Source: Candidatus Zhuqueibacterota bacterium
GTDB lineage: Bacteria; Zhuqueibacterota; Zhuqueibacteria; Thermofontimicrobiales; Thermofontimicrobiaceae
Assembly: GCA_049322915.1 (NCBI GenBank)
Contig: JBMOPW010000032.1
Location: 178,496 to 242,495 of the forward strand
Direction of reading: 5' to 3'
Length of the DNA: 64,000 nucleotides
Both the position numbers and the translations under genes were made by a program. The notes beneath the pieces were generated by a model that saw nothing but the letters and a program-made list of their open reading frames with translations, searched no databases and was not told the DNA's origin. Shown piece after piece: positions 10,182-20,339 of the stretch; within the stretch, counting starts at the first letter, position 1; each line of letters begins with the position of its first letter.

Positions 10182-10427
10182 TTGAGTGACAGCATGAATT
10201 GTATTGATACACTAAATAAAATCTGTGAAGAATTGGGCGAGTACATTGACGGCACGCTATGTTCGGACGTGCAGGAGCATTTACAACACTGCCCCAAATG
10301 CTGCGCTCATGTGGATTCCATTCGCAAAGTGGTTTACCTCTATAAAAAGTCTGCCCAGGAAGATGTCCCTCAAAAAATCGATGAAAGGCTCTGGAGAATT
10401 TTGAATCTTCAAAAGCCATGTGATTGA
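10182..10427 (+). CDS. Cytoplasmic zinc-binding anti-sigma factor (zf-HC2/ZAS)
   Basis: HLQHCPKC (HxxxCxxC), immediately after the ECF sigma gene, no TM segment; start may be ATG 10194. Confidence 0.85.
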   Translation: MSDSMNCIDTLNKICEELGEYIDGTLCSDVQEHLQHCPKCCAHVDSIRKVVYLYKKSAQEDVPQKIDERLWRILNLQKPCD

Positions 10428-10495
10428 TTTTTTTCTCCTCTCATGTAAACTTGTCATCCCCCCGATAGAGCTGAAAATAGGCCCAAACATTTCGC

Positions 10496-10524
10496 TTGAC
10501 ACATGAAAAAATATTTCGTATATT
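10496..10524 (+). promoter_or_regulatory. Sigma70-type promoter of rpiB-deoC
   Basis: TTGACA-17 bp-TATATT. Confidence 0.7.
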
Positions 10525-10660
10525 AGCGCAATTTCAACTCCCCGTTGAACATTCTGATTTTTAAAGAATAAGGCTTGTTGAAATATGAATTATTCATGCC
10601 TCTGGGAACAGCGCATAGCGTGTTCCGGGAGCGGTGAATGAAACAAGGGAGTCGGTTGCC

Positions 10661-12040
10661 TTGAAAAAAATTGCGCTTGGCTCGGACCATGCCGGCTTTG
10701 AAATGAAAGAAAAACTGAAAGATTATCTGTCTCAGTCTGGCTACTCAATAGAGGATTGCGGCACATTCAGCAGTGAATCGGTTGATTATCCGGTGATTGC
10801 GCTGAAAGTGGCGCGCCTGGTAGCCGATGCGGCTGTGGAACAGGGCATCATCATCGATGGCGCCGGAATTGGTTCGGCCATGGTTGCGAATAAAGTGAAG
10901 GGCGTTCGCGCGGCGCTCTGCTACGACCAGTCGACTGCCCGAAATAGCCGGGAGCACAATAACGCCAATGTGCTCACGCTGGGCGCTGGATTGATTGGAT
11001 TTGAATTGGCGAAACAAATCGCCGACATCTGGTTGAACACCAATTGCACTGTGGAGCGGCATTTGAAACGCGTGGCCATGATCGATGCTATTGAAAGCGG
11101 GGCGGGATTGGACAGCCAGCCGAAAATGACTACTACCGCATCGGGAAGCATCAATTCCAACGGTGTGACAGAAGCGGATCTGGCGAAGATCGTGGAGAAA
11201 GTCACTGCCATGCTGAAGCTGCAACCGGGCGCGCCGGTCAAATCCGGTTGTGAAAACGAGCCCTGCAGCGGCTGCGGCCAATGCGCTGATAAAATTCCCG
11301 AGACCGTCCGCGAGATGATTCACGCGGGGGCGAGTCGCATTTCTCATTCTCCAGGAGGAGTCGGATCGCCGCAGGACATAGCCCGATACATTGACCACAC
11401 GCTGTTGAAGCCCGAGGCTTCGAAGGAAGAAATCAAAACGCTGTGCAAAGAGGCAGCGGAACATCAGTTTGCCACCGTCTGCATCAATCCGACCTACGTG
11501 CGGCTGGCATACCAGATATTAAAAGATACTCCGGTCAAAGTGTGCACGGTCGTCGGATTTCCGCTGGGCGCGCATGCTTCGGAAATTAAAGCTCAGGAAA
11601 CCCGCCGGGCAATTCGCGAGGGCGCCAGGGAGATTGACATGGTTATTAATATTGGCGCGCTGAAAAGCGGTGAGGACGAACTGGTTTACAGGGACATCAA
11701 ATCTGTGGTGGATGCTTGTGTGGATGGATATGCGTTGTGCAAGGTGATCATTGAAGCCGCGCTGCTGACGGATGAAGAAAAAATCCGCGCGTGTGAATTG
11801 TCCAAAAAAGCCCGCGCCCACTTTGTAAAGACTTCGACGGGATTTGCCAAAGGCGGCGCTACTGTCCATGACGTCGCGCTCATGAGCAAAGTCGTCAGTG
11901 GAACGTCTATGGGAGTGAAGGCTGCCGGTGGAATCCGAACGTTGGAAGACGCCGAGAACATGATCGCTGCTGGCGCTACCCGGGTCGGAGCCAGCGCCGG
12001 TGTGAAAATAGTCCAGGAAGCGGTCAAAGCCGCAAGCTAA
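10661..12040 (+). CDS. deoC: Fused ribose-5-phosphate isomerase B / deoxyribose-phosphate aldolase
   Basis: N-terminal [30 protein letters not shown] (RpiB); C-terminal [31 protein letters not shown] (DeoC). Confidence 0.92.
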   Translation: MKKIALGSDHAGFEMKEKLKDYLSQSGYSIEDCGTFSSESVDYPVIALKVARLVADAAVEQGIIIDGAGIGSAMVANKVKGVRAALCYDQSTARNSREHNNANVLTLGAGLIGFELAKQIADIWLNTNCTVERHLKRVAMIDAIESGAGLDSQPKMTTTASGSINSNGVTEADLAKIVEKVTAMLKLQPGAPVKSGCENEPCSGCGQCADKIPETVREMIHAGASRISHSPGGVGSPQDIARYIDHTLLKPEASKEEIKTLCKEAAEHQFATVCINPTYVRLAYQILKDTPVKVCTVVGFPLGAHASEIKAQETRRAIREGAREIDMVINIGALKSGEDELVYRDIKSVVDACVDGYALCKVIIEAALLTDEEKIRACELSKKARAHFVKTSTGFAKGGATVHDVALMSKVVSGTSMGVKAAGGIRTLEDAENMIAAGATRVGASAGVKIVQEAVKAAS

Positions 12041-12061
12041 TGCCAGTTGATTGAGGGATGC

Positions 12062-12604
12062 GTGAGCCATATTTTTCTTGCAGGTGAAAAAGTGCTGCTT
12101 TCTCCCATTGAACCTGAGGATGCGCTGTTCTTAGCCGCAGGTGAGAATGATCCTGAAGTTCGGGACGCGTTATTTCTGGCGTTGCCTGTCTCGACGCAGC
12201 AGCAGATGGACAAAATCAGGCTCCATCAGGCGGCGAAGGATGCTGTTGTGTTTCTCATCCGCGAGCGCCAGACTGATAATCCGATTGGACAGACCGCCTT
12301 TTTTCGGATCGATTATGTCAGCCGGGCAGCCGTGTTCTATCTGGCTATTCTGGACACGGAGTATTGGTCCCGGGGTTTCGGGACCGAAGCGACGCAGCTC
12401 ATGGTGAGATATGGGTTCGATACGCTGAATCTCCATCGAATTCAACTTCATGTCTGCGCCGAAAATATAGCAGCGATTAAAATCTATCAGAAAGTTGGTT
12501 TCAAAAAAGAGGGAATCCTGCGGCAGGCTATGTATCGTCGCGGCGCCTTTGTGGATTTCTGGGTGATGGGCCTACTGAAAGACGAATGGCCAGGTACCTT
12601 TTAA
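12062..12604 (+). CDS. GNAT family N-acetyltransferase (RimJ/RimL type)
   Basis: YWSRGFGTEA, LNLHRIQLHV, YQKVGFKKEGILR. Confidence 0.85.
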   Translation: MSHIFLAGEKVLLSPIEPEDALFLAAGENDPEVRDALFLALPVSTQQQMDKIRLHQAAKDAVVFLIRERQTDNPIGQTAFFRIDYVSRAAVFYLAILDTEYWSRGFGTEATQLMVRYGFDTLNLHRIQLHVCAENIAAIKIYQKVGFKKEGILRQAMYRRGAFVDFWVMGLLKDEWPGTF

Positions 12605-12636
12605 AAGAAAAGACATAAAATCGCTCGTAAATCACG

Positions 12637-12996
12637 TTACTCTCCCCCACCTTCTGCCCGTTCAATTGTGGCAAACATCGATCCCTTCGAATGCGGTAAT
12701 CTCCAGTCAGCGCCGAAGTTCAAAATTTGATCTCGTTTCAACTCCGCCCGCTCTTTTGTTGTTGTATCGACGATGACGCGACCGTAATGATCCACAGTCC
12801 AAGCCATCATCAAAGCGACCGAACGGGGATGCCCGAATAACTGCATCAACATTTCAATGACGTAGTCGTACGTGTGATCGTTGTCGTCCAGCAGAACTAC
12901 ATGATATCTGGGAATTCTCAAGGGCGCCTGTTTGCGGCGCTTATCAGTTTTTCTGGTTACCTTCGTGCGTGCAATGGACGCAGTTTTCATTTGCAT
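12637..12996 (-). CDS. clpS: ATP-dependent Clp protease adaptor ClpS
   Basis: YHVVLLDDNDHTYDYVIEML...AWTVDHYGR. Confidence 0.85.
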   Translation of the reverse strand: MQMKTASIARTKVTRKTDKRRKQAPLRIPRYHVVLLDDNDHTYDYVIEMLMQLFGHPRSVALMMAWTVDHYGRVIVDTTTKERAELKRDQILNFGADWRLPHSKGSMFATIERAEGGGE

Positions 12997-13166
12997 GACT
13001 TTTCGCTCGACCCATAGAAAAGATTTAACTCAACTGCGCTACCTTCGATGGCAAGCCGATGAAAATTGGCCGAACCCAAATAGCCAGGCCAATTCTTGCA
13101 GGATCGGGCAATCTTGAAATTTATACTTTTGCCGATCCAATCGGTGTTGTCATTTTTAATGGTGAT

Positions 13167-13195
13167 AAAATAAAAAATCAAAAGTAGATTGTCAA
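13167..13195 (-). promoter_or_regulatory. Sigma70-type promoter of clpS
   Basis: Minus strand TTGACA-17 bp-TATTTT. Confidence 0.5.
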
Positions 13196-13326
13196 GGGGA
13201 ATAAATTCATTTTCATGAGCAAGGCGGAGTCGCGTAGTCGGAATTGGTGTTAAATTTATTAACTGGTCCTCAGCCCAATTTTAATAGAGGGCGCGCTGTC
13301 GTGTGTGGTATAATTATTGTATAGCA

Positions 13327-13798
13327 GTAACGACTCAGGTTCCAGGTTTAAAGGTTCCCGATTTCGGGTTAAAGAGAATTTTCGTCGCTATCCAGGCATG
13401 TAGTCTCGCCGCGAAGTCACACGAAGAAGTCATTTTATTCGTTCGTATTTTGTGCAATTCATTTTTTTAAACCACGTTCAGCTTTTCTGTATCGATAATT
13501 CAGCCTGCATTATTCATAGTATTTTTAAAGGAGGCTGGCTAACCTGAATAGTGCTGTTTTTAGAATAAACGTATAAAAACTGAGTTTCAAAATAGCTTAG
13601 CCTTTAGCTAATTGAAAATCTGACTGTCGACTCAAATTCTGAGCAAGTTCATGAATAATTCAGGTTAGATGTATTTTTTTTTCGCTCCTTTGAGGCTTTG
13701 TGGCTGAGCAGTTTCGAATATTCAATTACCAAATAGACATAATGAGATGATTCTAACCTTGAACTCTGAACGCTGAACCAGCCAACCTGTGTAGTTAC
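13327..13798. mobile_element. Non-autonomous miniature element with IS66-like GTAA ends
   Basis: TIRs GTAACGACTCAGGTT / AACCTGTGTAGTTAC (13/15 match); 8-bp flanks GTATAGCA / GTTCAGCA (6/8); heptamer repeat arms; no ORF. Confidence 0.55.
13504..13664. mobile_element. 161-bp MITE, copy 1
   Basis: TIR CCTGCATTATTCAT / ATGAATAATTCAGG (13/14); flanks TCAG / TTAG; 7 differences from the inverted copy at 57404-57564. Confidence 0.85.
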
Positions 13799-13951
13799 GT
13801 TCAGCATTAAAAAGGGCGCTGGTCAAGGTGGAGAATTGGCCAGGTTATTCCATGGGCTCGAAAATGCTGTAGCCATGCAGTGCGACCAATGGTGAGTGCA
13901 GGAGGTAATTCTCTCCAGTTCTGGTTGAATCAAATTTGATTTAAATTATTG

Positions 13952-13980
13952 TTGATTTTTGAAGATATTATCGATATATT
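13952..13980 (+). promoter_or_regulatory. Possible sigma70 promoter of glmM
   Basis: TTGATT-17 bp-TATATT. Confidence 0.45.
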
Positions 13981-14167
13981 TCCTTTTGTTTTTCGACCTG
14001 AGGTCGGGAAAAGTCCGAGTAATTTATCGTAAGACAGGTATGTTGACCGCGATTAATTGGCGGTCGTTATCCGTCAGTGACAATTTATTTTGATAACTAC
14101 TCTGTCAGAAAATGCAAAATCAGATATAGAAAAATAAGCACAAAAGTCCTAAGTGATGGAGGTAGAT

Positions 14168-15529
14168 GTGTCTAAGCTAATGATTAGCATCTCAGGCGTG
14201 CGAGGCATAGTGGGTGATGGACTGAGTCCTCAAGTGGTCACAAATTTTGCCCAGGCGTTCGGCAGTTATTTGGGGAATGGAAAAGTGATTGTGGGTAAGG
14301 ATTCCCGCGTCACCGGGCCGATGATGAAACATGCGGTCTTTGCCGGGCTATTGGCTGCCGGGTGTGATATTATCGATATCGGAACGGTCCCAACGCCAAC
14401 GGTGCAAATGGCCGTCGAGCATCTGAAAGCCCGGGGCGGCATCGCTATTACGGCGAGCCATAATCCAATTGAATGGAACGCGCTGAAGCTGATTGATTCC
14501 TCTGGATGGTTTCTCGATGAGGTGCAGGGCAACAAAGTGATTCATATTGTGAATGACAAAAAATACCAGAACGTGAAATGGAATCAGATTGGCAAAGTTG
14601 AATATTTTGATGGCGCCATTGAGCATCATCTCAAATCGATTTTGAAGCTCGATCTGGTCGATACTGAGTTCATCGCCGGCAAAAAATTTAAAGTGGTGGT
14701 TGATTGCGTGAACGGAGCCGGCGGGACGATACTCCCTGAATTACTGAATCGTCTCGGTTGCGAGGCGATCTTCATCAACGGAGAGCCCACAGGTCTGTTT
14801 CCCCGATCACCGGAACCGTTGCCGGAAAATCTGAAAGAATTATGCGATAAAGTGAAGTCTGAGAAAGCAGATATTGGATTTGCAGTCGATCCTGATGTGG
14901 ATCGGTTAGCCATTGTCTCAGAAAAGGGGAAGCCTCTGGGAGAGGAATACACGCTGGTTCTCGCTGTTAATTATGTCATGCAAAAGCGCCACGGCGCTAT
15001 TGTTGTCAATGCTTCGGTAACTCAGGCTATCGATGAAATTGCAAAACGATACGGCACAGAGGTATTGCGCACCAAGGTCGGGGAAATCCATGTGGCGAAA
15101 AAGATGCATGAAGTTAAGGCAGCCATCGGCGGCGAAGGTAATGGTGGCGTGATTCTGCCAGAGCTTCATCTCGGTCGCGATGCACCTTTGGGAATTGCCT
15201 TGATTCTACAGCACCTGGCTCAGTTCGGGGGAAAAATCTCGGAACTGCATAAGTCGCTGCCGCAATTTTATCAATCGAAAAATCGCATTGAATTGAAAGA
15301 AATCAATGTGGCTTCTGTTCTCGATTCGCTCATTAGCAATCATCGCAGCGAGCGACTTGATCTGACAGACGGACTGAAAATACTATGGCCGGACCAGTGG
15401 GTTCATATCCGACCTTCCAATACCGAGCCCATCATTCGTATCTATTCCGAAGCCCGATCTGTAGAAGAAGCCGATGCGCTTGGTTTCAGGTTCATCAAAG
15501 AGATCAAAGAAAATATCGGGCAAGCATGA
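14168..15529 (+). CDS. glmM: Phosphoglucosamine mutase / phosphohexomutase
   Basis: ISGVRG, TASHNP phosphoserine loop, DPDVDR metal loop, GGEGNGG; substrate specificity not certain. Confidence 0.85.
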   Translation: MSKLMISISGVRGIVGDGLSPQVVTNFAQAFGSYLGNGKVIVGKDSRVTGPMMKHAVFAGLLAAGCDIIDIGTVPTPTVQMAVEHLKARGGIAITASHNPIEWNALKLIDSSGWFLDEVQGNKVIHIVNDKKYQNVKWNQIGKVEYFDGAIEHHLKSILKLDLVDTEFIAGKKFKVVVDCVNGAGGTILPELLNRLGCEAIFINGEPTGLFPRSPEPLPENLKELCDKVKSEKADIGFAVDPDVDRLAIVSEKGKPLGEEYTLVLAVNYVMQKRHGAIVVNASVTQAIDEIAKRYGTEVLRTKVGEIHVAKKMHEVKAAIGGEGNGGVILPELHLGRDAPLGIALILQHLAQFGGKISELHKSLPQFYQSKNRIELKEINVASVLDSLISNHRSERLDLTDGLKILWPDQWVHIRPSNTEPIIRIYSEARSVEEADALGFRFIKEIKENIGQA

Positions 15530-15552
15530 AATACCAGGATGAATGATTTACG

Positions 15553-15594
15553 AAAATGCCTTGATGCGTGAAATAAATGCATGAAGGCATTTTT
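15553..15594 (+). terminator. Intrinsic terminator
   Basis: AAAATGCCTT.ATGC...GCAT.AAGGCATTTT hairpin with T tract. Confidence 0.7.
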
Positions 15595-15659
15595 GTTCTG
15601 GAGCACTTCACGATGGAAAATGGGTGATACTCAATTATGTCTGCGAGCAGTGAAAAATT

Positions 15660-16976
15660 ATGAACACGGAGCAACTCATCATTAAAAAGCGGGACCGGGG
15701 AGCGCTGTCGGAACAGGAATTCAGGTTTCTGATCGAAGGCTACACCGGCGGTGAGATTCCCGATTATCAGATGTCCGCTTTCCTGATGGCGGTGTTTTTT
15801 GTGGGTATGACGCTGGAAGAGACACGGATTCTCACGAGTGTCATGATCGAGTCAGGGGAGTCATTCAGTTTCAAACATCAGCCAAAATTTGTGGTGGATA
15901 AACATAGCACAGGAGGCGTCGGCGATAAAATTTCACTCATTTTAGCGCCGCTCGTGGCAGCGGCCGGTGTGGCAGTTCCAATGATTTCAGGCCGGGGGCT
16001 CGGTCATACCGGCGGCACGCTGGACAAGCTGGAAGCGATACCCGGATTTCGCACCAATTTATCTTCGTATGAATTCATGGCCCAGGTGGAATCGATTGGG
16101 GTGGCGATGATTGGCCAGACCGAAAAAATCGTCCCGGCCGATAAAAAAATCTATGCTCTACGCGACCGGACCGGGACTGTCGCTTCCATTCCACTGGTCG
16201 TTGCCAGCATTTTAAGCAAGAAAATTGCCGAAGGTATACAGGCTCTGGTGCTCGACGTGAAAACCGGGAATGGCGCATTTTTCAGGAGTCAGGAAGATGC
16301 TCGTGAATTGGCCCGGACGCTCATCGCAATCAGTCGTAAATTTGGTTTGCCGGCAACAGCGCTGTTGACAGCGATGGATCAACCTCTGGGTAACGCGATT
16401 GGGAATTGGCTGGAAACGCGGGAGGCCATCGAAACGTTGCAGGGCAATGGCCCGGAGGACGTGAGCGAACTAACTCTGGCACTTGGATCGCGCATGCTTC
16501 AACAGGCAAATATCGTTGCCGACCACGAGGCCGGCGTTAAGAAACTCACGGAGACTTTGGCGTCAGGGGCTGCGTTCAATAAGTTCGTGGCGATGGTGCA
16601 CGCTCAGGCCGGCGATATTTCATTTATCGAACATCCGGAGCGATACCCCATGCCGGACAGGCGTGTCATTGTGCGGAGCAAATACACAGGCTATATCTCC
16701 AGATTGGATGCATTGTCGATCGGGTTGCTGGCGATGGAAACCGGCGCTGGTCGCAAGAAGATGACAGATAGCATTGACTACACCTCTGGAATTTTGCTGA
16801 AAAAAAAAGTTGGTGATTCAGTGGAAAAGGGCGAAGCGTTGGCTGAAATCTATGCTGCTGATTCCGGAACTGAAGCCTCATGGCAGGAAAAATTTCTCGC
16901 GGCAGTGACAATATCCGAAACCTGTCCTGCAACGCCAGCGGTGATTATTGCGGAGATAAAAGAAAACGGCCAGTGA
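15660..16976 (+). CDS. pdp: Pyrimidine-nucleoside (thymidine) phosphorylase
   Basis: DKHSTGGVGDK, SGRGLGHTGGTLDKLE, SILSKKIAEG. Confidence 0.93.
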   Translation: MNTEQLIIKKRDRGALSEQEFRFLIEGYTGGEIPDYQMSAFLMAVFFVGMTLEETRILTSVMIESGESFSFKHQPKFVVDKHSTGGVGDKISLILAPLVAAAGVAVPMISGRGLGHTGGTLDKLEAIPGFRTNLSSYEFMAQVESIGVAMIGQTEKIVPADKKIYALRDRTGTVASIPLVVASILSKKIAEGIQALVLDVKTGNGAFFRSQEDARELARTLIAISRKFGLPATALLTAMDQPLGNAIGNWLETREAIETLQGNGPEDVSELTLALGSRMLQQANIVADHEAGVKKLTETLASGAAFNKFVAMVHAQAGDISFIEHPERYPMPDRRVIVRSKYTGYISRLDALSIGLLAMETGAGRKKMTDSIDYTSGILLKKKVGDSVEKGEALAEIYAADSGTEASWQEKFLAAVTISETCPATPAVIIAEIKENGQ

Positions 16977-17021
16977 GTCTGGCCGTTGTTGAAATGGAAA
17001 AGTCTGTTGTGTCGGTGAAAT

Positions 17022-19211
17022 TTAGAAACGAATTCGTTTTTGTTTATCCCGGTTCGCTTTATTCGAAAATCCAATGTGCTTGTCGCATTTTTCCACCGGG
17101 GCTGTGGACACTTCGAAGACTTCGGAGATGATGTCCGGGCAGGATTCCGTGGCGAGCTTCTTCGTTTCTTTACAGATATCGACCCTGACGACGCCGGCAG
17201 GCATTTTGAAATCTTCAATCGGCAGGTTCAGCGTATCATGCGCAGTCTTCATGAAGGGCGCCCAGATCGGCAGGGCAACGGTAGCGCCTGCCTGGTTTCC
17301 GCCCAGCGTGGTCGCCGGATCGTCGAAGCCTACCCAAACGCCGGCCGTAATTTGCGGTGTGAAACCGATAAACCAGGCATCAGTGAAACTGTTCGTCGTT
17401 CCTGTCTTGCCCCCGGCCGGCCGCGTAAATTTGTAAATTGCCCGCGCTGTAAAACCAGTGCCGTGATTGATGACCGTGCCCAGCATATCCGCCATGATGT
17501 ACGCGGTTTCTTTCCGCAAAACTTCCCGAACCTCGGGCTGATATTCTTCGACAATATTACCGTATTTATCTTCCACGCGTAAAATATAAAGTGGTTTAGC
17601 CAGCACGCCCTGATTGGCAAAAACGCCGAACGCGGACGTCATTTCAATGGGATACACGGCCGATGCGCCAAGAGCGATGGCATCGACAGCATCGATGGGG
17701 GACGTTAATCCCAGCTTACGCGCATAATCGACGACCTGGGCTGGAGGGACTATTTCCTGAACCAATCGCGCTGTGACAAGATTGAGCGAGCGGCGCAGCG
17801 CTTCGCGGAGCATGGTCGGCCCACCCTGAGACAGGTCGTAGTTATGAGGCGCCCAGCGATCGCCATTGGGCAGATAAAGAACAACCGGTTGATTGAGCAA
17901 TTCAAAGCAGGGCGAATAACCGTTGTCGATGGCAGCGGTGTAAACAACTGGCTTGAAGGTTGAACCAGGCTGGCGTTGCGCCTGAGTAGCGCGATTCCAT
18001 TTGTGTTTGGCAAAATCTTTACCACCCACCAATGCCAGAATATAACCTGTTTTCGGATCAATGGCCACCAGTGCGGCTTGAATCGTGGCTTTTTCCGTGA
18101 TCAGGGAATCGAGATAGTGGGTGTCTCTTCTGAGTTTGTCCCAACCTTGTTTGGATAGTACTTTCGGATCAATCAACTCTTTAGCGCGGCCATTGTTAAT
18201 CATTCGCTTATTGTATTGTTCCTGCAGAACCGCAAGCTGTTTTTTAACAGCAAGTTCAGCGGCTGCCTGCAAACGGGTATCCAGCGTGGAGTAAACGGAG
18301 TAACCACCCTTGTACAAATCCATGTGATAGCGTTCCTGGAGTTCCTGCCTGATTTCTTCGGTAAAATATGGAGCGATTCCGTGCTCGGCATCCGGATCGA
18401 TCGCCTTCAATTGAATCGGCATCGATTTGGTTGCTTCATAAGTTTGTCTGTCGATGTATCCCATTTCCAGCATATTGTGAAGAACCGTGTTTCTACGGAT
18501 CAGCGCCCGATCCGGATAACGATACGGATAATACGATGTCGGGCGTTGCAACAGCCCGGCGAGCATAGCGCATTCTTCCAATTGGAGATATTTTGCATCT
18601 TTTCCAAAAAACCACAAAGAGGCGGCCTGCACACCATAATTGCCATGTCCGAAATTCATCTGGTTGAGGTACATTTCCAGTATTTCGTTCTTCGTATAGG
18701 TGCGTTCGATCTGGATGGCCGTGATCCATTCTTTGATTTTTCGGGTCACGCGCTTCTCCAGTCCCAGATATAACTGCCTGGCTAATTGTTGCGTGATGGT
18801 GCTGGCGCCCTGTTCGTAGCTCATGCTCATAATATTCACCAGCATCACATAAGCGAACCGTTTTACATTTAGGCCCCAATGCGAGTAAAAAATGCGATCC
18901 TCTGTCGCCAGGACAGCCTTTGCCATGTTCTCAGGAATTTCTTCGAGTGGCAGGTAGATGCATTTCTTGGTGAACAACTCTTTAATGATCACGCCATCTT
19001 GAGAATATATTTTTGTGGCCAGTTCGGGTTCATACTGCTCAAGCTGAGTCAGCGAGGGCAGATCGCGGCTCAACACTAATATGTAAATGAAAATGATGAT
19101 AAAAAAAATCCCGATCCCAATGGGCGCCCAGAATTTCCAATTGAATCGTACCGGATTCTTTTCCGTGTACGCTGAACTTTCATCATTGCTATGTCGAATA
19201 TGTCTCTTCAT
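17022..19211 (-). CDS. Penicillin-binding protein 1A family (transglycosylase-transpeptidase)
   Basis: EDRIFYSH, GASTITQQLAR, RKIKE, STFK (SxxK), SLN, KTGT. Confidence 0.93.
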   Translation of the reverse strand: MKRHIRHSNDESSAYTEKNPVRFNWKFWAPIGIGIFFIIIFIYILVLSRDLPSLTQLEQYEPELATKIYSQDGVIIKELFTKKCIYLPLEEIPENMAKAVLATEDRIFYSHWGLNVKRFAYVMLVNIMSMSYEQGASTITQQLARQLYLGLEKRVTRKIKEWITAIQIERTYTKNEILEMYLNQMNFGHGNYGVQAASLWFFGKDAKYLQLEECAMLAGLLQRPTSYYPYRYPDRALIRRNTVLHNMLEMGYIDRQTYEATKSMPIQLKAIDPDAEHGIAPYFTEEIRQELQERYHMDLYKGGYSVYSTLDTRLQAAAELAVKKQLAVLQEQYNKRMINNGRAKELIDPKVLSKQGWDKLRRDTHYLDSLITEKATIQAALVAIDPKTGYILALVGGKDFAKHKWNRATQAQRQPGSTFKPVVYTAAIDNGYSPCFELLNQPVVLYLPNGDRWAPHNYDLSQGGPTMLREALRRSLNLVTARLVQEIVPPAQVVDYARKLGLTSPIDAVDAIALGASAVYPIEMTSAFGVFANQGVLAKPLYILRVEDKYGNIVEEYQPEVREVLRKETAYIMADMLGTVINHGTGFTARAIYKFTRPAGGKTGTTNSFTDAWFIGFTPQITAGVWVGFDDPATTLGGNQAGATVALPIWAPFMKTAHDTLNLPIEDFKMPAGVVRVDICKETKKLATESCPDIISEVFEVSTAPVEKCDKHIGFSNKANRDKQKRIRF

Positions 19212-19268
19212 GAGGGATTCCTGAAATTGATCCGTAACAATTTACAAATTTTTTAACAATACTAAGAG

Positions 19269-19994
19269 CTAACCGTTCCAGAAATGGAGCGTCAATTCAC
19301 CCGCTTCAAATTTGCCGTAGCTGTCGTGTTTGATCCAATCGCCCAGGTTGAGAAAAACGTGATGATCGATCCTTTCCAGGGCAGGCCGATGGGAATGCCC
19401 AACGATGACAAAGTCAAATCCATCCTTGAACTTATCTGTGGCGAAATCAAGATAATCTCCTTCATCATGAAGCACCAGATCAGTAGTGTGTTTTCGGCTG
19501 GTGGATGACATCAGTCTGGCCAGCGGGATTCCCAGATCCGGATGCAGCAGCCGATATAGAAAGACATTGAATCGATTCCGAAAAATTCTTTTTAAAAGCC
19601 GATAGCCGACATCTTTTTTTGAAATGCCATCTCCGTGGAATAAATAAAATTTCTTAGTTTGAATTTCAGTGGTACAAACATCCGAATGGACTTGGATGCC
19701 GACCTGATCGCGGAAGAAATTTTTAATCCAGCTATCGTGATTCCCTGGGAGAAAATGCACCGCGACATTGTTCTCAATGAGTTTCGATATTTGAAACAGG
19801 ACTGAGTAATTCTGGTTGGGCACGGCATATTTATACTCGAACCAGAAGTCAAATAAATCACCTAAAATATATAATCGGTTATTTGGTTGATTAATATAAT
19901 TGAAAAACGCGGTGAGTTTTTTAAGTTTCGCTGAATCATCAGAATTTGTACCGGCGCCAAAGTGAATATCAGATATAAAATAAGTTCGTTCCAT
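19269..19994 (-). CDS. lpxH: UDP-2,3-diacylglucosamine diphosphatase
   Basis: ISDIHFG, LGDLFDFW, GNHD, HGD, GHSH, NLGDW. Confidence 0.85.
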   Translation of the reverse strand: MERTYFISDIHFGAGTNSDDSAKLKKLTAFFNYINQPNNRLYILGDLFDFWFEYKYAVPNQNYSVLFQISKLIENNVAVHFLPGNHDSWIKNFFRDQVGIQVHSDVCTTEIQTKKFYLFHGDGISKKDVGYRLLKRIFRNRFNVFLYRLLHPDLGIPLARLMSSTSRKHTTDLVLHDEGDYLDFATDKFKDGFDFVIVGHSHRPALERIDHHVFLNLGDWIKHDSYGKFEAGELTLHFWNG

Positions 19995-20040
19995 GAATCC
20001 TTTCCGACATTGATGTTGGGAGGAGAATCGCTGACCGTTT

Positions 20041-20069
20041 AAGATACAAAATCAAGATTTATATTGCAA
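20041..20069 (-). promoter_or_regulatory. Promoter of lpxH-PBP1A
   Basis: Minus strand TTGCAA-17 bp-TATCTT. Confidence 0.5.
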
Positions 20070-20099
20070 TAAAAATGTAAAATAGCTGTAAAAAAGTTA

Positions 20100-20128
20100 T
20101 TGACAAAATCAAAATTATTTATTATTTT
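20100..20128 (+). promoter_or_regulatory. Promoter upstream of the ispE leader
   Basis: TTGACA-17 bp-TATTTT. Confidence 0.55.
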
Positions 20129-20303
20129 CGCTGACTATTTTTTGGTTCACAACGTTCAGGCAGCATGACATTGGCATTACAGACACTGAGTTATGAGAGT
20201 TTAAAATTCGGTCGATTGATTTCACGATTTCAGGAGTGCATTGCCCGGGGAAAACAAAGCAAATCTCGAAAAAGTGCATCGAAGGTTCACAAGGAATATT
20301 AAT

Positions 20304-20338
20304 AAACTCCATATCGCTTATGGAGTTTTTTGGTTTTT
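20304..20338 (+). terminator. Terminator-like hairpin directly before ispE
   Basis: AAACTCCATA-TCGCT-TATGGAGTTT followed by TTTGGTTTTT. Confidence 0.65.
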
Positions 20339-20339
20339 A

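Noticed and set aside
13330..13800. CRISPR array
   Set aside because: Repeats are degenerate heptamers without spacers; no repeat-spacer array or cas gene is seen in the window
13985..14150. glmS ribozyme or riboswitch upstream of glmM
   Set aside because: Only two simple hairpins; no conserved core recognised
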